Source of the DNA: Tubiluchus corallicola | Taxonomy: Eukaryota > Animalia > Priapulida | NCBI GenBank assembly: GCA_030141605.1 | Contig: JAQGDQ010000232.1 | Coordinates: 62,001-126,000, forward strand | Direction of reading: 5' to 3' | Length of the DNA stretch: 64,000 nt | In this document: positions 1-14,500 of the stretch, piece by piece | Layout of the letters: every line of letters begins with the position of its first letter | Numbering within the stretch: position 1 is the first letter of the stretch | The notes under the pieces: generated by a model | Database searches by the model: none | Seen by the model: the letters and a program-made list of their open reading frames with translations, nothing else | What the model was told of the DNA's origin: nothing | Translations under genes and position numbers: made by a program

Positions 1-1010
1 TGAGGAGCTTTTTGCAGCAAAAATGTTGCTCACCTATATGAGTTGATAAATCGTACATGTCTAATATTCATACTTAGACTGAGCAGTGGTTTGCAAAACC
101 GTTCAATATGCAGTAACTGTACAAGTCATCATTGAGTCAATTTTACGTAAAATCCACACGGCATGTCACATGGTAAGCAATGCACAATGTAATCATTATA
201 AACAAATAAATGTGTCACCGAAATTGTATCATTTATTTTAGTTTGTTTAATTGTTTTGGTGTTTAACCATAATCGTGTAATCATAATCATAAACCATAAC
301 CGTGTAATTATAATGAGCATTATAAACAGCTAGAATTAATAGCCTATAATTGAAAGTCGTTATGTGCAGACATGTACGTGCGTCGAAAAATTACCAGGCA
401 AAATCACAGGTGACTATGATTGGAGTACATGCTCGTCTTGGATTAAAATGCAAGCATTTATAAACTTTATAAAACAAGTTAACTTCATTCAAAATTAAAA
501 GATTAAAAAACAATTCATAAACTATTTAGATTTAGCCAATCATTGGTTAACAAAATACAGTAGTAACATGGTATGTAGGCTTACCCCTGCAAAATTATTA
601 GACATTGCTGTTTGATTATTATAATTAATTCTGTAATTCTGATTTTATTTCAAAATAATGATATAGGTAAAAATTACTCAGCAGTACAATGAAAAAACCG
701 GTGAAAAGTTTGTGTTGGATAAGAATGTTTTATACCCAATTTATTGACTGCTTACCTTGATACAAAAAATTTTGAGGCCTGGAACTGAAGCGAACTAAAC
801 TAGAACTGTAGTTGCTAATGGTTTAAAGGCCTTGCTCTCTACAAAGATTACTTGTCTTTCCTTATAATGTTTGCATTAATTTTGGTCAAACGTTTGATGT
901 TTTGGACTCTGACCCGTCTTTTCTTGATTTTTTTAGTTCTTTAGAAAGTAAATTGAGAAAAAGTATGTAGCTCCTGAAGAGCCATGCTAAGAAAAATTAC
1001 TAATTCCTGA

Positions 1011-1194
1011 CCACAAATTATTATATCGTGGCCACCAATTATTGTTCCGTGGGCACTTGTAATTATTAATCCGTGCGTACAAACTACAATATATAAATCT
1101 GTGTCCACCAATTATATTTTTTCATAGCCACAAATTATTAATCTGTGCGCACGATATACTAATTCGTCGCCACGACATATGATATTGTGCGCGG
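1011..1194. repeat. Degenerate minisatellite, 20-25 nt unit (approx. CCACAAATTATTAATCCGTG)
   Basis: About eight imperfect units of cac-a..tta..-cgtg/tgtg are visible. Confidence 0.7.
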
Positions 1195-1540
1195 GTTGTA
1201 TCTGCTGAAACAGAGAATATGCCGAACAAGCATTAACTTAACAACTGTTCAGTGTAAATAATAGCAAATTGTTTAATGGGTTTTAATAGCAAAAATTAAG
1301 TGTAAAATGCCGTAACTTGGTTTCCATTCCCGCTGAGCCACATTTTACACACTATTACAATAGAAAGTAGTAGATATGGAAGCCACGAGTTAGGTAGTTG
1401 AGCTGAGACTGATGCAAAATTAAACTGTAATTTAGGATAAAAACAATACATTGTTATAAAATGCAGAAATGAGAATTAATGAATAGAATTTATTGGGGTT
1501 CTATCCATGCATGGAGAGCATGTTTTATAGTTGACGAGAA

Positions 1541-1645
1541 TAGGGTTGCCACCACTCCTGATTTGGCCCAAAGTCTGGTGACATTCAGCCATACATACGT
1601 AGTTAGGTTGGATTTTTGAAAAATTCTGAAATCTCCTGATTTTGA
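1541..1645. mobile_element. Truncated hAT-like MITE end
   Basis: Starts TAGGGTTGCCA, the same terminal motif as the 60175 element, with ctcctgattt repeated. A similar GGGTTGCC start occurs at 7976. Confidence 0.4.
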
Positions 1646-3363
1646 TCATCACATTGAAATTTAAGTAGAAAAAATGTAACATGAGAACGTTTTATCAACT
1701 GGAGAATTTTCTCTAAACATGGAAAAAGGAATGAATCATTGCGGTCTGACTGTCTGCTGTGAATTTAATTGAGCAAAGAAGTTCACTTAATAACATTCAC
1801 ACACAGTCATTATGTCCATGTTCACTTAGTTTATGGTTTGTAACTGCAGGCTTATGTAATTATGTAAGAGTGTGCTTTAAAGTGGTTTGCAAAATGCAAC
1901 CCATTTGCAACAATTGATAAAAATAATGAAAAAATGGATAGTTATACCTAAAAAGGTGTACTTCATTCGTGCTTCTGGCTCTTCTAGCACCATCTAACGC
2001 AAAACATCAGCAATTTCAAACAATCAATTCTGTGAAATATCTTGACTGTCAATATTGACAATAAGCTCTGCTTAGGATTGCCTTATATCCCATTTTGTTG
2101 GCATTGTAGCAATGTGCCGATTTTTAGACTATTGCCTTGGTTTTTTTAAGTTGTCCAGAAATTTTGCTTTGGTTTGTAGACATATTATAATATGTTTCTA
2201 TAATAAGAAATTATTCTTTTTATAGGCAGAATTTTCGTAAATGATAAAGCCACAGAAAAGCTTTGTCTATGTTGGTTGTTCAGTTACTTTTCATCATGCT
2301 TCAGACTTTAACCAACAAGTGATATTTAAATGCCAATATCAGTCAATTTCAGTCATGTTTAGCATGTCAGAGTAATCACTAACTTAGAGTAAACTTGAAG
2401 AAGTAAAATTTGATTCTCTTTATGAAGATCAGTCAGTGGTGTATAATAAACATGACATACTGTAGGAATGACGTGTCATTGATCAAACTACTGCCGTACT
2501 GCCATTTCAGTGGTAGTCATTTGGGTTTCTGACTGTGCAGTAACAACTTTTATTGTTATTATTATTATTTATGGGTAACTGTAGTTCAACTGATAAGCAA
2601 AAATTAAGTACAGTAATTTAAATTACCCAAAGTAGTCTCCGTACGAAGGGGACAACGTAGTGCAGCATTTCATACAGTAGTATAATGTAAGTATACACAT
2701 TAGTGGGCTTAACTTTGTGTACCTATGACAATAACAATTAATAGGCAGTTGAGAAATTATAAATAACATTACAAGTTTTGGCAGAGATAGCTGTGAAGGC
2801 AAGTTCTAAAAGTAGTCAAGTTAGGGCATTTACAACTTCAAATGGCAGAGAGTTACATACATTAATTACATGACATGCAAAAGTGTATAGATGTACAATG
2901 AATCAAACTTAAGGCTTTGTAAGCTTTAAATTATGTCCACAAAGCCTTTGGCAAACTTTTGTGAAATGACAAGCCCCAGCACATGACTTTTTACTCGGCA
3001 CATCATTAGTGCCCATCATTATCTGCAATTGGCTACAAACAGTAGCCGAGATATTAGATACTGCTATTAGATATGCAAGAATGTCAACAGTACTTGCATT
3101 CTGCCATTCTTCCGGTCACTATAAAATTACTGGGGCGTGCTCACTTCTTCAGGAACTGTGTTCGCCAATGTCTACTTTACCTGCACACATATACCTTTTT
3201 CCTTTTTTTAAGCTTTTAGCTTCTCTTCTCATTGCTTTTTTCAGTTTTTTTTACAGATTATATTATACTTTACTTAATACAATGATTGTAGTGGTTTATA
3301 TATTATAGAATTTGCATGCTAAATTGTTTACACCTTTTATTTGTTCATTTTCATTGTTTGCAG

Positions 3364-3457
3364 AGTCATCAACTTGAACGCGACTGTAAAAGATGAGAAC
3401 ATAACCAATCAGTTTCAGTGTTTGTAAAGCGCATAGTGGCTTGCAGGATTTTGGAAG
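3364..3457 (+). other. Candidate non-coding exon (TTC3 5' UTR or a lncRNA)
   Basis: Strong acceptor ttttcattgtttgcag| and donor AAG|gtgagc; stops in all three frames. Confidence 0.35.
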
Positions 3458-3541
3458 GTGAGCTGAAATAGAGGCTCGGTGATCAATGATCGGTGAGCAA
3501 ATTTAATTTTGGTGAACATTTTGAAAAATTTCAGCATTTAA

Positions 3542-3693
3542 CCCTTTCACTACGGAAGGCGGCACACTGCCGCCTACTTTTTTCTTGTAAGGGACGGAAG
3601 GTGGCAGACTGCCACCCAAGCTCAGCACTAAACGCAGTTACCCAGGTCTGTTTATTTCGCTGCTACGCCCATGAAAAAACATTGTAGAAAGGT
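3542..3693. mobile_element. Small piggyBac-like MITE
   Basis: TTAA-CCCTTTCACTAC ... GTAGAAAGGT-TTAA: TTAA on both flanks and an imperfect CCCTTT-type TIR; two internal repeated palindromes. Confidence 0.6.
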
Positions 3694-4549
3694 TTAACAG
3701 CCGTGGGATTGGGGTTGCTTAAAGTAACAACAAGTAACGCTAACCAGGTAGTCAGTGTCTGAAGCCAGGTGCATTTCATAATACTACACTATATAGTACG
3801 TTATTACGTTATCACTCAAAATCACTTGATGGTGGTTGGTGAAATGTATATTTAATCACTTGTTCTGCATTCTTATAAAATAATTGCATATTGTGGATTA
3901 GTAATTAATGTAACTTTTGTGAAAATTGGCTTCTGAATGTAAGTATGCATGAGTACATGTATGTGTGCGCACGTGTATTAATAAAACTAATATTCAATAT
4001 TAGTGTTTAATAACAAATGGCTATTTTTGTTTTTGTACGGGATTCTCTTTTAGTAACACACCACAAGAAGTTATTATCAAATGTGCAAAAGCTAGCTAAT
4101 GTGCAAATGCGGCCCTGTTAAAAGCAACTACGTAGTGAAAGCGTTAAAACATCTTTAGAGAAATAATTGAAACAATATATAACATAACTGAGCCTAAAAC
4201 AATTGTTATATTACATTATATTAAATTATTTTAAAATTAACTTTATATGTGCAAGTAGTTTTTGTGCTTGTACTTGTAATGGTTGGTTGTCTTGGTGCTT
4301 ACCATAACTTGCGTGCTATGGAGTTGGGCCTCAAACCCCAGAAATATCTTTGATGACTCCTGTACCACTCCTCCAAGAAGGCTTAGCTTCATTCATTTGT
4401 ACTTCAAGATGGGCCCAGATGGGAAAAAAGCTGTTCATTATCACTCCATATGCCAGAACTGGAAAAAATTAGGATTTTGGACAAAAACATAAAACCACTG
4501 AAATATAAGATATGCACACAAATTTATATACCAATCTGTTTAATCCAAA

Positions 4550-4575
4550 TTATTATTATTATTATTATTATTATT
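4550..4575. repeat. (TTA)n microsatellite
   Basis: Uninterrupted ttattattatt... run. Confidence 0.9.
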
Positions 4576-5599
4576 GCTATTATCCTCGCAGACTGAATAA
4601 GAATTTAATTAACCAAGAATATGCTGAACTAAACTTGTATTTACTAATGAATTTAATTATCTATATATAGTTCAAGAAATGCTCTGATGAGCATTTGATG
4701 TTGCATTACACAATTCATTGGAAATGTCTGTGCGTTCTAAAGGTTTCAAAGCATTTCACGTTTGCATGCTGTACTTTTTACAGCCTTCACTTGTGCCTTT
4801 GTGATTCTATTAACGTATCAAATGCTGTTTTATTCAAATATCCTCCTACCTGTTCAAATATTTATTTATGCTTAGTTCTTGGTGACTTGTACGTCAATTG
4901 CGTTGAGCTAATAGATTAGCTTGTATACAATTCTCTAAGACTGGCATTTTTTTATATTACGATAGTCGCCGTTGAACTTTATGCGTTAGCATTGCGGGTA
5001 TCTAAAAAGTACCTGAAAGAGATAGTATATATATTGTTATAGCAATATTTGCAGATTTTGATGTGTCTGCGACCAGTTTCTCGAAAATTGATTCAAGATA
5101 TTTTATTTGTGCTCAGTGTACAATTAAAAATTATAAAACATTGTGCAGATTTGACATGTTTTAGGAAAATTTACGTAAAACATGTCACCAGCTCTATTTT
5201 TCTTCTATGAGAGTATTTGAAAACAGCGGGAATTTTTTCACAAAATTTTAAAATACGTAAGGTAAAAATCTTTAGCTGATTTTTGAAATTAAATTTTATA
5301 ATATATAATTCAGAAAATGGGATGCATTTTGTATTTATTTTAGTATAATGTGTAAGTTTGAGTTTTTGTACATTAACATTGTGTTCCTACAAGCCCTGCT
5401 TCTAGCATTTACGGAATCTCAAACTATTAAAGTGGAAAATTTATTGTTTTAACATCTTCGACGTTTTTAAGTCAGGGTTTTTCAAACTAAAATGAAGAAA
5501 GATTTCAATAAATTTATAAGAAGGCGTGCAAACAGCAAAATACAAACTGTACTTCACTAATTTGTTATTTATTTATTTCTAATTGACTTGAATAGCAGC

Positions 5600-8500
5600 A
5601 TGGCTGAGACTGATAATGACGAAATGCCAGAACTAGTCTCTTCATCGGGAGAAGAGGAGGATGATAATGATGATGGTAGCTTCCATAAACATGATGGTGG
5701 CAGTGATAATGATGACTATGAATATGAGGTGATTATTGATTCGTTATTTATCAGTTGTACTCTAGATGTATCCTTTAACTGTTGTAAAATTTTTCCTGAC
5801 AGATTTTTTCTGTAGCTGGCCCCAGACAATGGAACAAACTCCCACTTGATTTGTGTTGTTGCACTAAATTTGATGTGTTCAAGAAAAAACTTAAGACTCG
5901 TCTATTCATTTTAGCCTTCTCGAACTAAGTCTGTTACACCTATTGTACAATTTCATGTTGCATCTACACTGTACAGTGTGTAGTTTAAATTCATTGGACT
6001 TCAGTGTGATCTTTTTAAATTATGGCTATAATGCTGATTCTGTTGTAAGACGCCATAGAATGCTTTTTATAATTAACGGTGTGCTACAAATTTGTGTAAT
6101 AATGATAATAATAATTGCATTTGCACTATCCAAAATCTTGTCTTACACATATGTTTTGCAAGCACCATGCCATCAAATTCAAATACAAGAGAAAACTTGA
6201 AGATCTCGTATGTACTTTGTGACTTTCTTATTTATATATTTCATAATTGCAGCTACTCACCAGCTTGTAACTTACAATGAAGGTAGTTCATTGTGTATGT
6301 TGGTAAAGTGAGAGAATATAATTTATAAAGCTTATAAAGCTTTAATATTAAATAGCGACTATACCGTCAGTTTTTATGATTAAGTTTCATAGGTGTTTCT
6401 AATGATACTTGCCCATCATGGGCACCTGCAGTTAGTTCAACCCACCCCTGATACCCTGTTGTATGAAGTTTACTAGATCTTTTACTTAATTACTGCCATT
6501 GGGTAGTTTTTTAGGATATTAAAATTTTTTAAATGAGTGGATGATATAGTAGATTAGCTTTGGACATTAAGCCTATGGTAATTGGTTCTTATGTGTACTC
6601 TTATTAATACGGATCATAGTAGTTTCTCTGTGTCATATTAAATTATAAATTATATTGCAGCAGAAAATTTCCTGGTTTACGGTTTCTGTCCAGTATTCAT
6701 GAGTTCAGTTCTACATGTAACAAATTAAAGATTTTTGGATTATGTTATATATGTATAGTGTTTTGTGTATAAACAAACATATCTGTAAACAAAAAAGTTT
6801 GATCATGGAAATTTATGAAGTTTATAAAATAAGGATTCAAAACGTGGTATTTACGACTTTGAGTTCTTTACGCACATGAATAATTCATTTGTTTTGCCAG
6901 CTACCTCACTCTTAACAGTACGTGGAAAATATCTACAACAATAAGTTTTGCCTTCCAACTGAGCTTTCACTAATTATTATTATCATTTTAATTGATATGA
7001 TATCTGTAGTAATTGGTTATGAATGTGCTTTTGAGTTGTAAGAAATGTGATTGTCTTTAAAAAGTTTTGTCCATGTTTTACGCATTTTCCTATATTTATT
7101 CATTTTAGGGCGGGCTTGTTCGTGATCTTAAAAACTCTGATTGCCCTTTAGGTAAGTTTTTTCTGTACTTTACTTATATCAAGGAAAGCAACTCTGGTGT
7201 CACTTGCATGTTAAACAAAATAATATGGGAAAACAATACCAATAACTTAAAAAGTCTAATTATCGTGCCTATATTACAAAATGGATGGAGCAAGACTTTA
7301 ATTTGTACTTCGCTTGACTACCTGCTTCCTTTTACATGAATTTAGGACCAGGAGTCCTATACTAAAAATTCGCAGATCTAGGAGATTCTTCAATAACTAA
7401 GACCACGTTATGACATGGGTGATTAATAGCAATAATTCAGCATCAAAATTTATATGTAGCTCTTAGGGTGATAATTTATAAATGCACAACTGCTGATCAT
7501 CCCGAAGAGTTCAGTTCGGTTGTTTTCCCACATTTCTTCCATGGGACTCGGTTAGTGTTGCTTTCTATGACCACTTCCTTACCAAAGACTGAAAATTGTG
7601 CCTGCTTCCGATTTTGCTGGCATGGTCACTGCTGCTACGTCATGCAATGCAAAATCCATTACTTTGTTTCTAAAAGTTGCCTTCGTTAAATTATTATGTA
7701 ATTGTATATATCTTTCATGTTTCGTTCTATACAGTTTTTATCCTGACGTACCTTTAATTGTGTTTCGATATTATTACCTTTTGAAAAGGTTGAAGTTTTA
7801 GATTAATTTTAATTCTGCAGTTTCTGCAGGTAGTGCACCAGGGATTTTTTTCTTTTTTTAACAATTGGTATGTTATTTAATGAGACAAGTCACCTCAATC
7901 TAATGTCTTTTTATTAATGGTCTTTTTAATCACATTTTACAGCACCAGCGGCCATTTGTTGAAATATCCATTTTTGGGTTGCCGCCCCCTGTGTTTTCCC
8001 AGCACAAATCTTAATTCTTACTGTGGGACAATGAAATATTCCTGGTCGAGCTAATATTGTTTGGATTTTTCCATCTATTGGATGTTGTAGACCAATTAAG
8101 ACTTGATGGGAGGCCCGTACCTTCCTGTAGATAGCATTTTCCAACGACTAATTCACTCTTTTTTAATTTTATATTGTATTATATTCTTAAGAAACCTGGC
8201 AAGTACTTTTACGGGTGTTTAGAGAGAATTTTATAAGTCTTAGTAAGAACGAGACAAATTAATTTTAAGAACACTTCTATCAGAATAAACAGAAATGGCA
8301 AAACTTCAAGTTTCACTTAGTCGAATTTTTGTTAGGAAAGAAAACTAAAAGGTGATGCTTTGCCATTGTTGATACATCATCAGTCATCACCTGCCACATA
8401 GCTGTTTGTTATGTGATTATAAGCTGTGTTTTAGCTTATTAACGTTGACAAACAAGCAAATTATTATAGTAGGCATACATGTAAGGTTAGCATGTTATTG

Positions 8501-11500
8501 ATCATTATCAGTAAAGATTTGTGATTTCATGGGGCTTCTGATGCAATTTCTTTAACATAATTTGGCCAACAGTAAGACAGAATTCAGCACACAGTGGCAG
8601 GGCCCACTATTATTTTTAAATCATTGTGGCTGCACTGGTGGTAGCATACTTATTATTAAGAATAGTTTTTTAAGTCTTCAGAGCAAGACATTGAAATGGC
8701 AGAGAAGTCTTACTCGTGGTTTCATGTGTACACCCTTCGGCACCGAGACGTACACTTAGAGGCAGTAGTTAGATAAAACTGACTAGAATCAAAATGAAGC
8801 CCATCTCTTTACTAATAAGGCTCACCACTGCTTAACTTTTGTAGCCATGCACACACTGTGACTACTTGGCTATTCTTTTACGCTGTTTCAGTGTACTTTA
8901 TTTTAGTCATCGGTTCACAATTTTTATAGTTACAGTTTATGCCGCAAGAGAATGGACAGTACTGAATTTCAAATTAGAGGCTGAGAGAGTAGTGAAAATC
9001 AAGGCTGTGTCACCGTTTTTATTTGGTCAAGTTTGTCAGCCAGATGAGTTAATGCAGTACGCCTTTGATACTCAACTGCTAAGAGATAGGTGATATATTT
9101 TTGTCTTTTTATGATGGTTTATTTGGCAGATTTTAATAAACTAAGGTGATAAGTCTGACTGAGGCTGCTTGTAATTTACCTGCTTTAGCTTCTAAACAAA
9201 TAGGCAATCTATACACCTTGAGAAACTGTAGTTCTGTTTTTGCAAATTAATTATAACGTACCTGTTTATAGCGAGTCAAATGTCTAAATTTTGAGGTATT
9301 CTAAAATACTTGGAACCTGCCACTGAGAAGGCATAAACGTTGTTTGTACAATTATTTTCAGACATCTAAACTTTTTTTCATAGTTTGACCTAGGCGAACT
9401 ACTTCTAGAAGTTTAACCTTAGGGAAAATTGTTGTTGTAGTACGTTCAGCCTGGCATGATACTATGCTACATTAATAATTTTTTTTGTTTTCAACTTGGC
9501 TTGGGCGGAATTAATGCGCCGGTAATTTAACAATAATTAATTCCCAAAATATTTGCTGATTAACAGCCTAGGATGTTAGGATGTCAAGCAAAAAATTCCT
9601 AACATGTTTTTGATCATGATAAAGTTATTTTGTTGTTTCTAATTATTACAGGTTATCTATCTGTTACAAGCTTTTTGCTTGTAAGTTTTGTTTGTCATTG
9701 GTTCTCGTAAAACTTTTATCATTTGCTTCAGTATCTTTTTTTCATGCAGGATGGTGATGCCAGATCGCAATTTATCTGAAGAGGAAATCAAGTCAACTAA
9801 TTTAATAATTGGTGCCCTTGATGTACTGTTCAAGTTCATTAAGAAAGGGGTAAACATACAGTTTTGTTTTATGTATTTATTTATTTATTTATTTATGAAA
9901 TAAAATGAAACAATGACAAAGCAAATGCAGAAAGGAAAAAGCATTTGAAAAAATGTAACACAAATCTGCATTTTTTCTAAATTTTTAGAGAGTGTTTGAA
10001 TATTTCACCTTTAAGGCTTGTTTCAAGCATTTCCTGGTCTTGTTCTGGTTTCTGTGTGCCTCAATTAAGCAGGGTGCTGCATTGTATGGAACATGAACTG
10101 TAGTTAAATTACAGTGTGGTTCGCCTATAATGAGTTTCAAGGGACCTTGAAAATTTGCTTGCTGTAACCGAGTCTCGTTATAGCCGAGGTTATTTGTTTG
10201 AGTGTATTTACAATATAGAAATGAAGCCTTTGAGGCAGACATGGTTGTTACAATGAAAACAGCACTTAATTTTGAGACTGTCACAAGTTTTTTACTCATT
10301 TCTACTATTCAGCAATTATTTTATCACAACGGTTTAAATTTATAGTTATTTCTAGTATTAAGGCAGTATTTTGTGCAATAAGTTTCTGCACAAAACCACC
10401 CCACAAGTTGCGTTTCTAAACCACTGCTGTGATTCATATGTGACAATGTCTGCTGGCAGCTGAGTGTATTTTGTATTGGTGTTAACTGCACAAGACCTTG
10501 GGTGTCTGAGTGGGCTGATTTCTTTTTAATTAAACAGCTGTCCTATGTGCAGTATAACTGATGCGAGCATTTCAGCATGGGCCTACGTTGATTAATCACC
10601 AAATCTACACTGACTATCTTACGTATCATTTAATGTGAAATCAATGTATTTATTTAAGTGTTTTTATTAAAATTTAAATTTTAAAAGGTCACAGAATTAT
10701 TTATTTTGCAAAGTAGAACAGTTTATTTTTTTTTAAAAACTAGGTTATTTTTGCTTGTCGCACATTAAATTGCACCACAGCTTTATTCAAGGAGCTGTTA
10801 AGTTTTGAAAGGTGATGTTGTAAAAATTGCTGAAGTTTAGCAAAGGCTTCAGCAGCTTCATTCAACCTAACATGTTGACAAATTGAGTTTTCTTTCTCTC
10901 TAAATCATTGTGCTCACTTCATTCTGACTGCAAAGTCTACAAGTTACAATTACAGTAGTGTATGTAGCTGCAGACCCACCAGCATGTCTACATGATTATG
11001 CTATACTTGATACACTTTGTTTCATGCATGATCAATAAATTATTCTCCACACTGCACAGTAATCCTTTTGCCCCTGGTGAATGGTGTCCATTTTAGAACT
11101 CAACTCATTATATGCAGGGAAAGTACATTTACGAGGCCGGAAAATAAGCAAGAACTCGCAATATTGGAGCTTGCTATAAGCAAGGTTTAAATACATTATT
11201 TAAGCCTAACATTTGAGGGGAATTTGAAATTTACTTGTAGTAACCAGGGCCTCGTTATAACAAGTGCCTCATTATAAGTCGTTTTTACTGTACTCATTTA
11301 TTTAAATCACAGTTTTACTTTATCCATTCCTGAAGATCTTAGTCTGTCTGCTAGTCAAGCTAAATTTTGTTAATCTGTTTATCTTTTAAGTTGATTCTTT
11401 GCTTTGTCAATGAAACTGCCAGTGAATTAAAACTGTATCAACGTAGCTCTCACCTCTGAATTGACTATATAAAGCTGTACTTTAGCCAGTTGCTAAATGG

Positions 11501-14500
11501 TTGAAGAAATTGATTTTACAATGGAATGAAAATGTAGAGTTGTAATTTTTTGCCATATTTTAGTTGAAAAAAATGAGTACGAAAATACATGATGCATTAG
11601 TGTGCTACCAAGCGTTATTTGACCTAGATGGTCACACGGTATTCTGGCCTGTAGATGGTGCGCTACAAATTGCTAATTTGAAGGAATGTTTTTCCCTGAC
11701 ATGGTACGTAGTTTGTTACTTCAAGTTGGCTTTTTTATCTTTATGGTTACCATATACTTTAATAATTATTACATTATACATATTATACGTACACTGTGTG
11801 CTGCTGAACAAATAAACATGGAAAATTGTTGCTCTTAAGTGTAATTGTTTGTTACTACAGTGAAATTTTTTACTCAGAAAACATTCACTTAGCAATTCAA
11901 GATATACTGTTCCCCTACTGTTTTGAAACATTTTTCACTAAAACTATACTGCACAAACGTATGCGCCCAGTGTGCATGTTTCAGTGCTTGCATGTTAATT
12001 TCTGATTTCACACATACTTGTTTGGAAAGTAGATCTGTAAGTCTTCATTTAATAATGCTAATCTATTCCAGCAACACGAAGAGTTAAGCTAAACAGTTTT
12101 AAATGAATCCACATCTTCCAAATAAGGTAAAAAGGTTCAGTTACATTCCGAAAGCAAAGAGATCAATAATGCTTAACTTATATAAATCAAATTTGTTGAG
12201 TTTTATTGCACATATCTTATTACTTAATCATGTTTTCTACTCTGTAGTTCACTTTAAAACTACCTCTTGATTGTCTAAATAATTTTTCTATATATATATA
12301 GCATTGCTCTTTGAAGCAATGATCCAGCAGCACCGCTAATCACATCATTATATAAAGTTGCAGTACAGCAACAAAACTTTTGGTGCTTAAATGAAAGGAA
12401 AAATTTGTTGGTAAAAGAAACATTTGTCGTTAATTTGAAAAAAGTATCAGATGTTTAGAGTAATTTAAACAAAACATTGCTAACTCGAGAGTTATTAAAA
12501 GAGGACTTACTGTCCTGGATATAGCTTTTAAGTGCGTATGCAGCAGAGTCATATGAGATACTGTTTTTTTTGTTACATATTTTGGCATGTCACAAGACAG
12601 AATCTAACATCAGTGGCAGGGTTTCATTAATGTAAATTATTGTGATGGACTGGAACTTAACTCATTGACAATGAGAAGTAAGACACTGAACCATATGAGA
12701 TGTCTTAGTCATGTTTGGGTGCTTATAACATATTTTCCTCTAATGAGACAAATAGCTTGAGGGCTGTGTTGGTTACCTATTCATTTACGTACCCTAACCA
12801 ATATTGCTTAAGTTTTGATTAACTTAGCAGCTACTTGCTTAATTTGCACATACTTAATGGTGTAAAATTATGGAGAAGAACACTATCTGGGAAGTTATCT
12901 GACCATATACTGGCATACCTTTCATTAGTGTTAACAGGATAGTATTTTGCACTTAACTTGACAAACTTTTGTTAAGTGACTAAAATGCAAACCATAACAT
13001 AAGGTTCAATTTAATTCATTTTATTAACTTTATTTATTATCAAATTATGATAATTAACGTCTTAATCTATTAATGTAACATGGTTGATATTATTTTCAGT
13101 GGTGAATTACGTAAATTGTTTCCTAATGAGTCAGAGAGGAGGAGAAGAGTATCACTATTGTTGTGTCTGTTTGAACTCTGCAGATTTATATTTGTCTCTT
13201 ATGTGAAAAAGAGAGATTTAGTAAAAGAATTTGTAGAAGAATGCCAAAGTAAAGTAGAAGTAAGTGTGTATGTATTTCTACAGTTTTTCTCTTCAATTTT
13301 TTCTTTGTTCGCTCTTTTGTTTTCTGTATGTTTGTTTATTTGTTGTGATGTTTTGATTGTGAAGTTACTGTGCTATGCGTGTTGCCCTACACATGTTGGT
13401 AATCAAATATTCTTGGAATTATTTGAGAGGTATAGCAATATGCGCTAGTATTTTAGTTGAGAATCAATATCTCCATAATTAAGCTTTGATTTTAGTTATT
13501 ATTGAGAGTGATCTTTGTATGCTGACAGCATCAAGTAAGCATAGTCTGCTTTCAAGTTTATACGCTCCTAGTTTATTTCTCCCGTGGAATATTACTCCTT
13601 GTAGAACTCGGGAACTAATCTTTGCCCCAACAGATATAAAGATATGATCCTTTTCTTAGGACACCAGTTATCATAAGGAAGGCAAATATTAATATGTTTT
13701 ACTTATAATGATAGTTGAAAAATTGTTTTGTTTTTAACTGTTTTTAAGCAACATTTGTTCCTAGCTTTCAGAATTATTTGGAGCCTATAATTTTCTCTCG
13801 TTGTAGTGATTTCTAGTTTTTGTACAGAAGTTAATTGTCCATTAATTGTTTATAAGCAGTTAAGCACTTAGTTTACATTCAGAAAGTAACCTGAAGTAAA
13901 ATTCTTCGTATGTGTGAAAGCCTGAGGCAATTTTTTCTTCAGTGGCCTCAATCTGCTACTGATTTTGCTGAGGAACTTTGCTTTCTCAAGATTCAGAAAT
14001 TTGCTTATGTGAAATTTCTTTCTGTCTTTAACTAAATAAGCTTTACCCTATTCAATTCTATGTCTAATTACAATGTTATTCCATTCTTTTCACTTTTTTG
14101 TTTGTGAAAGTAACTTGGAAATGTGAATTTCTTGTATACTAACTAGTTAACTGTCTTGTTGTTTATTTATAGTACAGTGCAGTGTGGAAAAAGAAAGGTA
14201 ATGAAGCATTCAAAAATGAAGAATTTCAGAAAGCATGTACAAGTTATAGTAGAGCAATCATCATGAATCCATATGGACATCTTCTGTATGGTAATCGAGC
14301 GCAGGCACGTTTAAAAATCAGTGATTATCATGGGGCATATCTAGATGGCTGGAGAGCAACCATTCTCAAACCAGACTATGCTAAGGTGAGGGAATTTTAC
14401 TGGTTATCTAAGAATTTAAAATTTATTTTTAAGGTTTTTGCTCGTGGCAGGCAGAAAGTTGACATTTGCACTTCAAGATTGCTGCATTTGCACTGTCCGA

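Noticed and set aside
1-3300. Possible exons of another gene at the window start (e.g. minus-strand donor at 751-755, ORF 3009-3308)
   Set aside because: The frames I tested next to candidate splice sites contain stops, and no recognisable protein motif emerged.
8682-8775. Exon-like stretch (cag|AG CAA GAC ATT GAA ATG...) in TTC3 intron 2
   Set aside because: It enters in the right phase, but I found no phase-1 GT donor before the stop, and exons 2 and 3 already join in frame.
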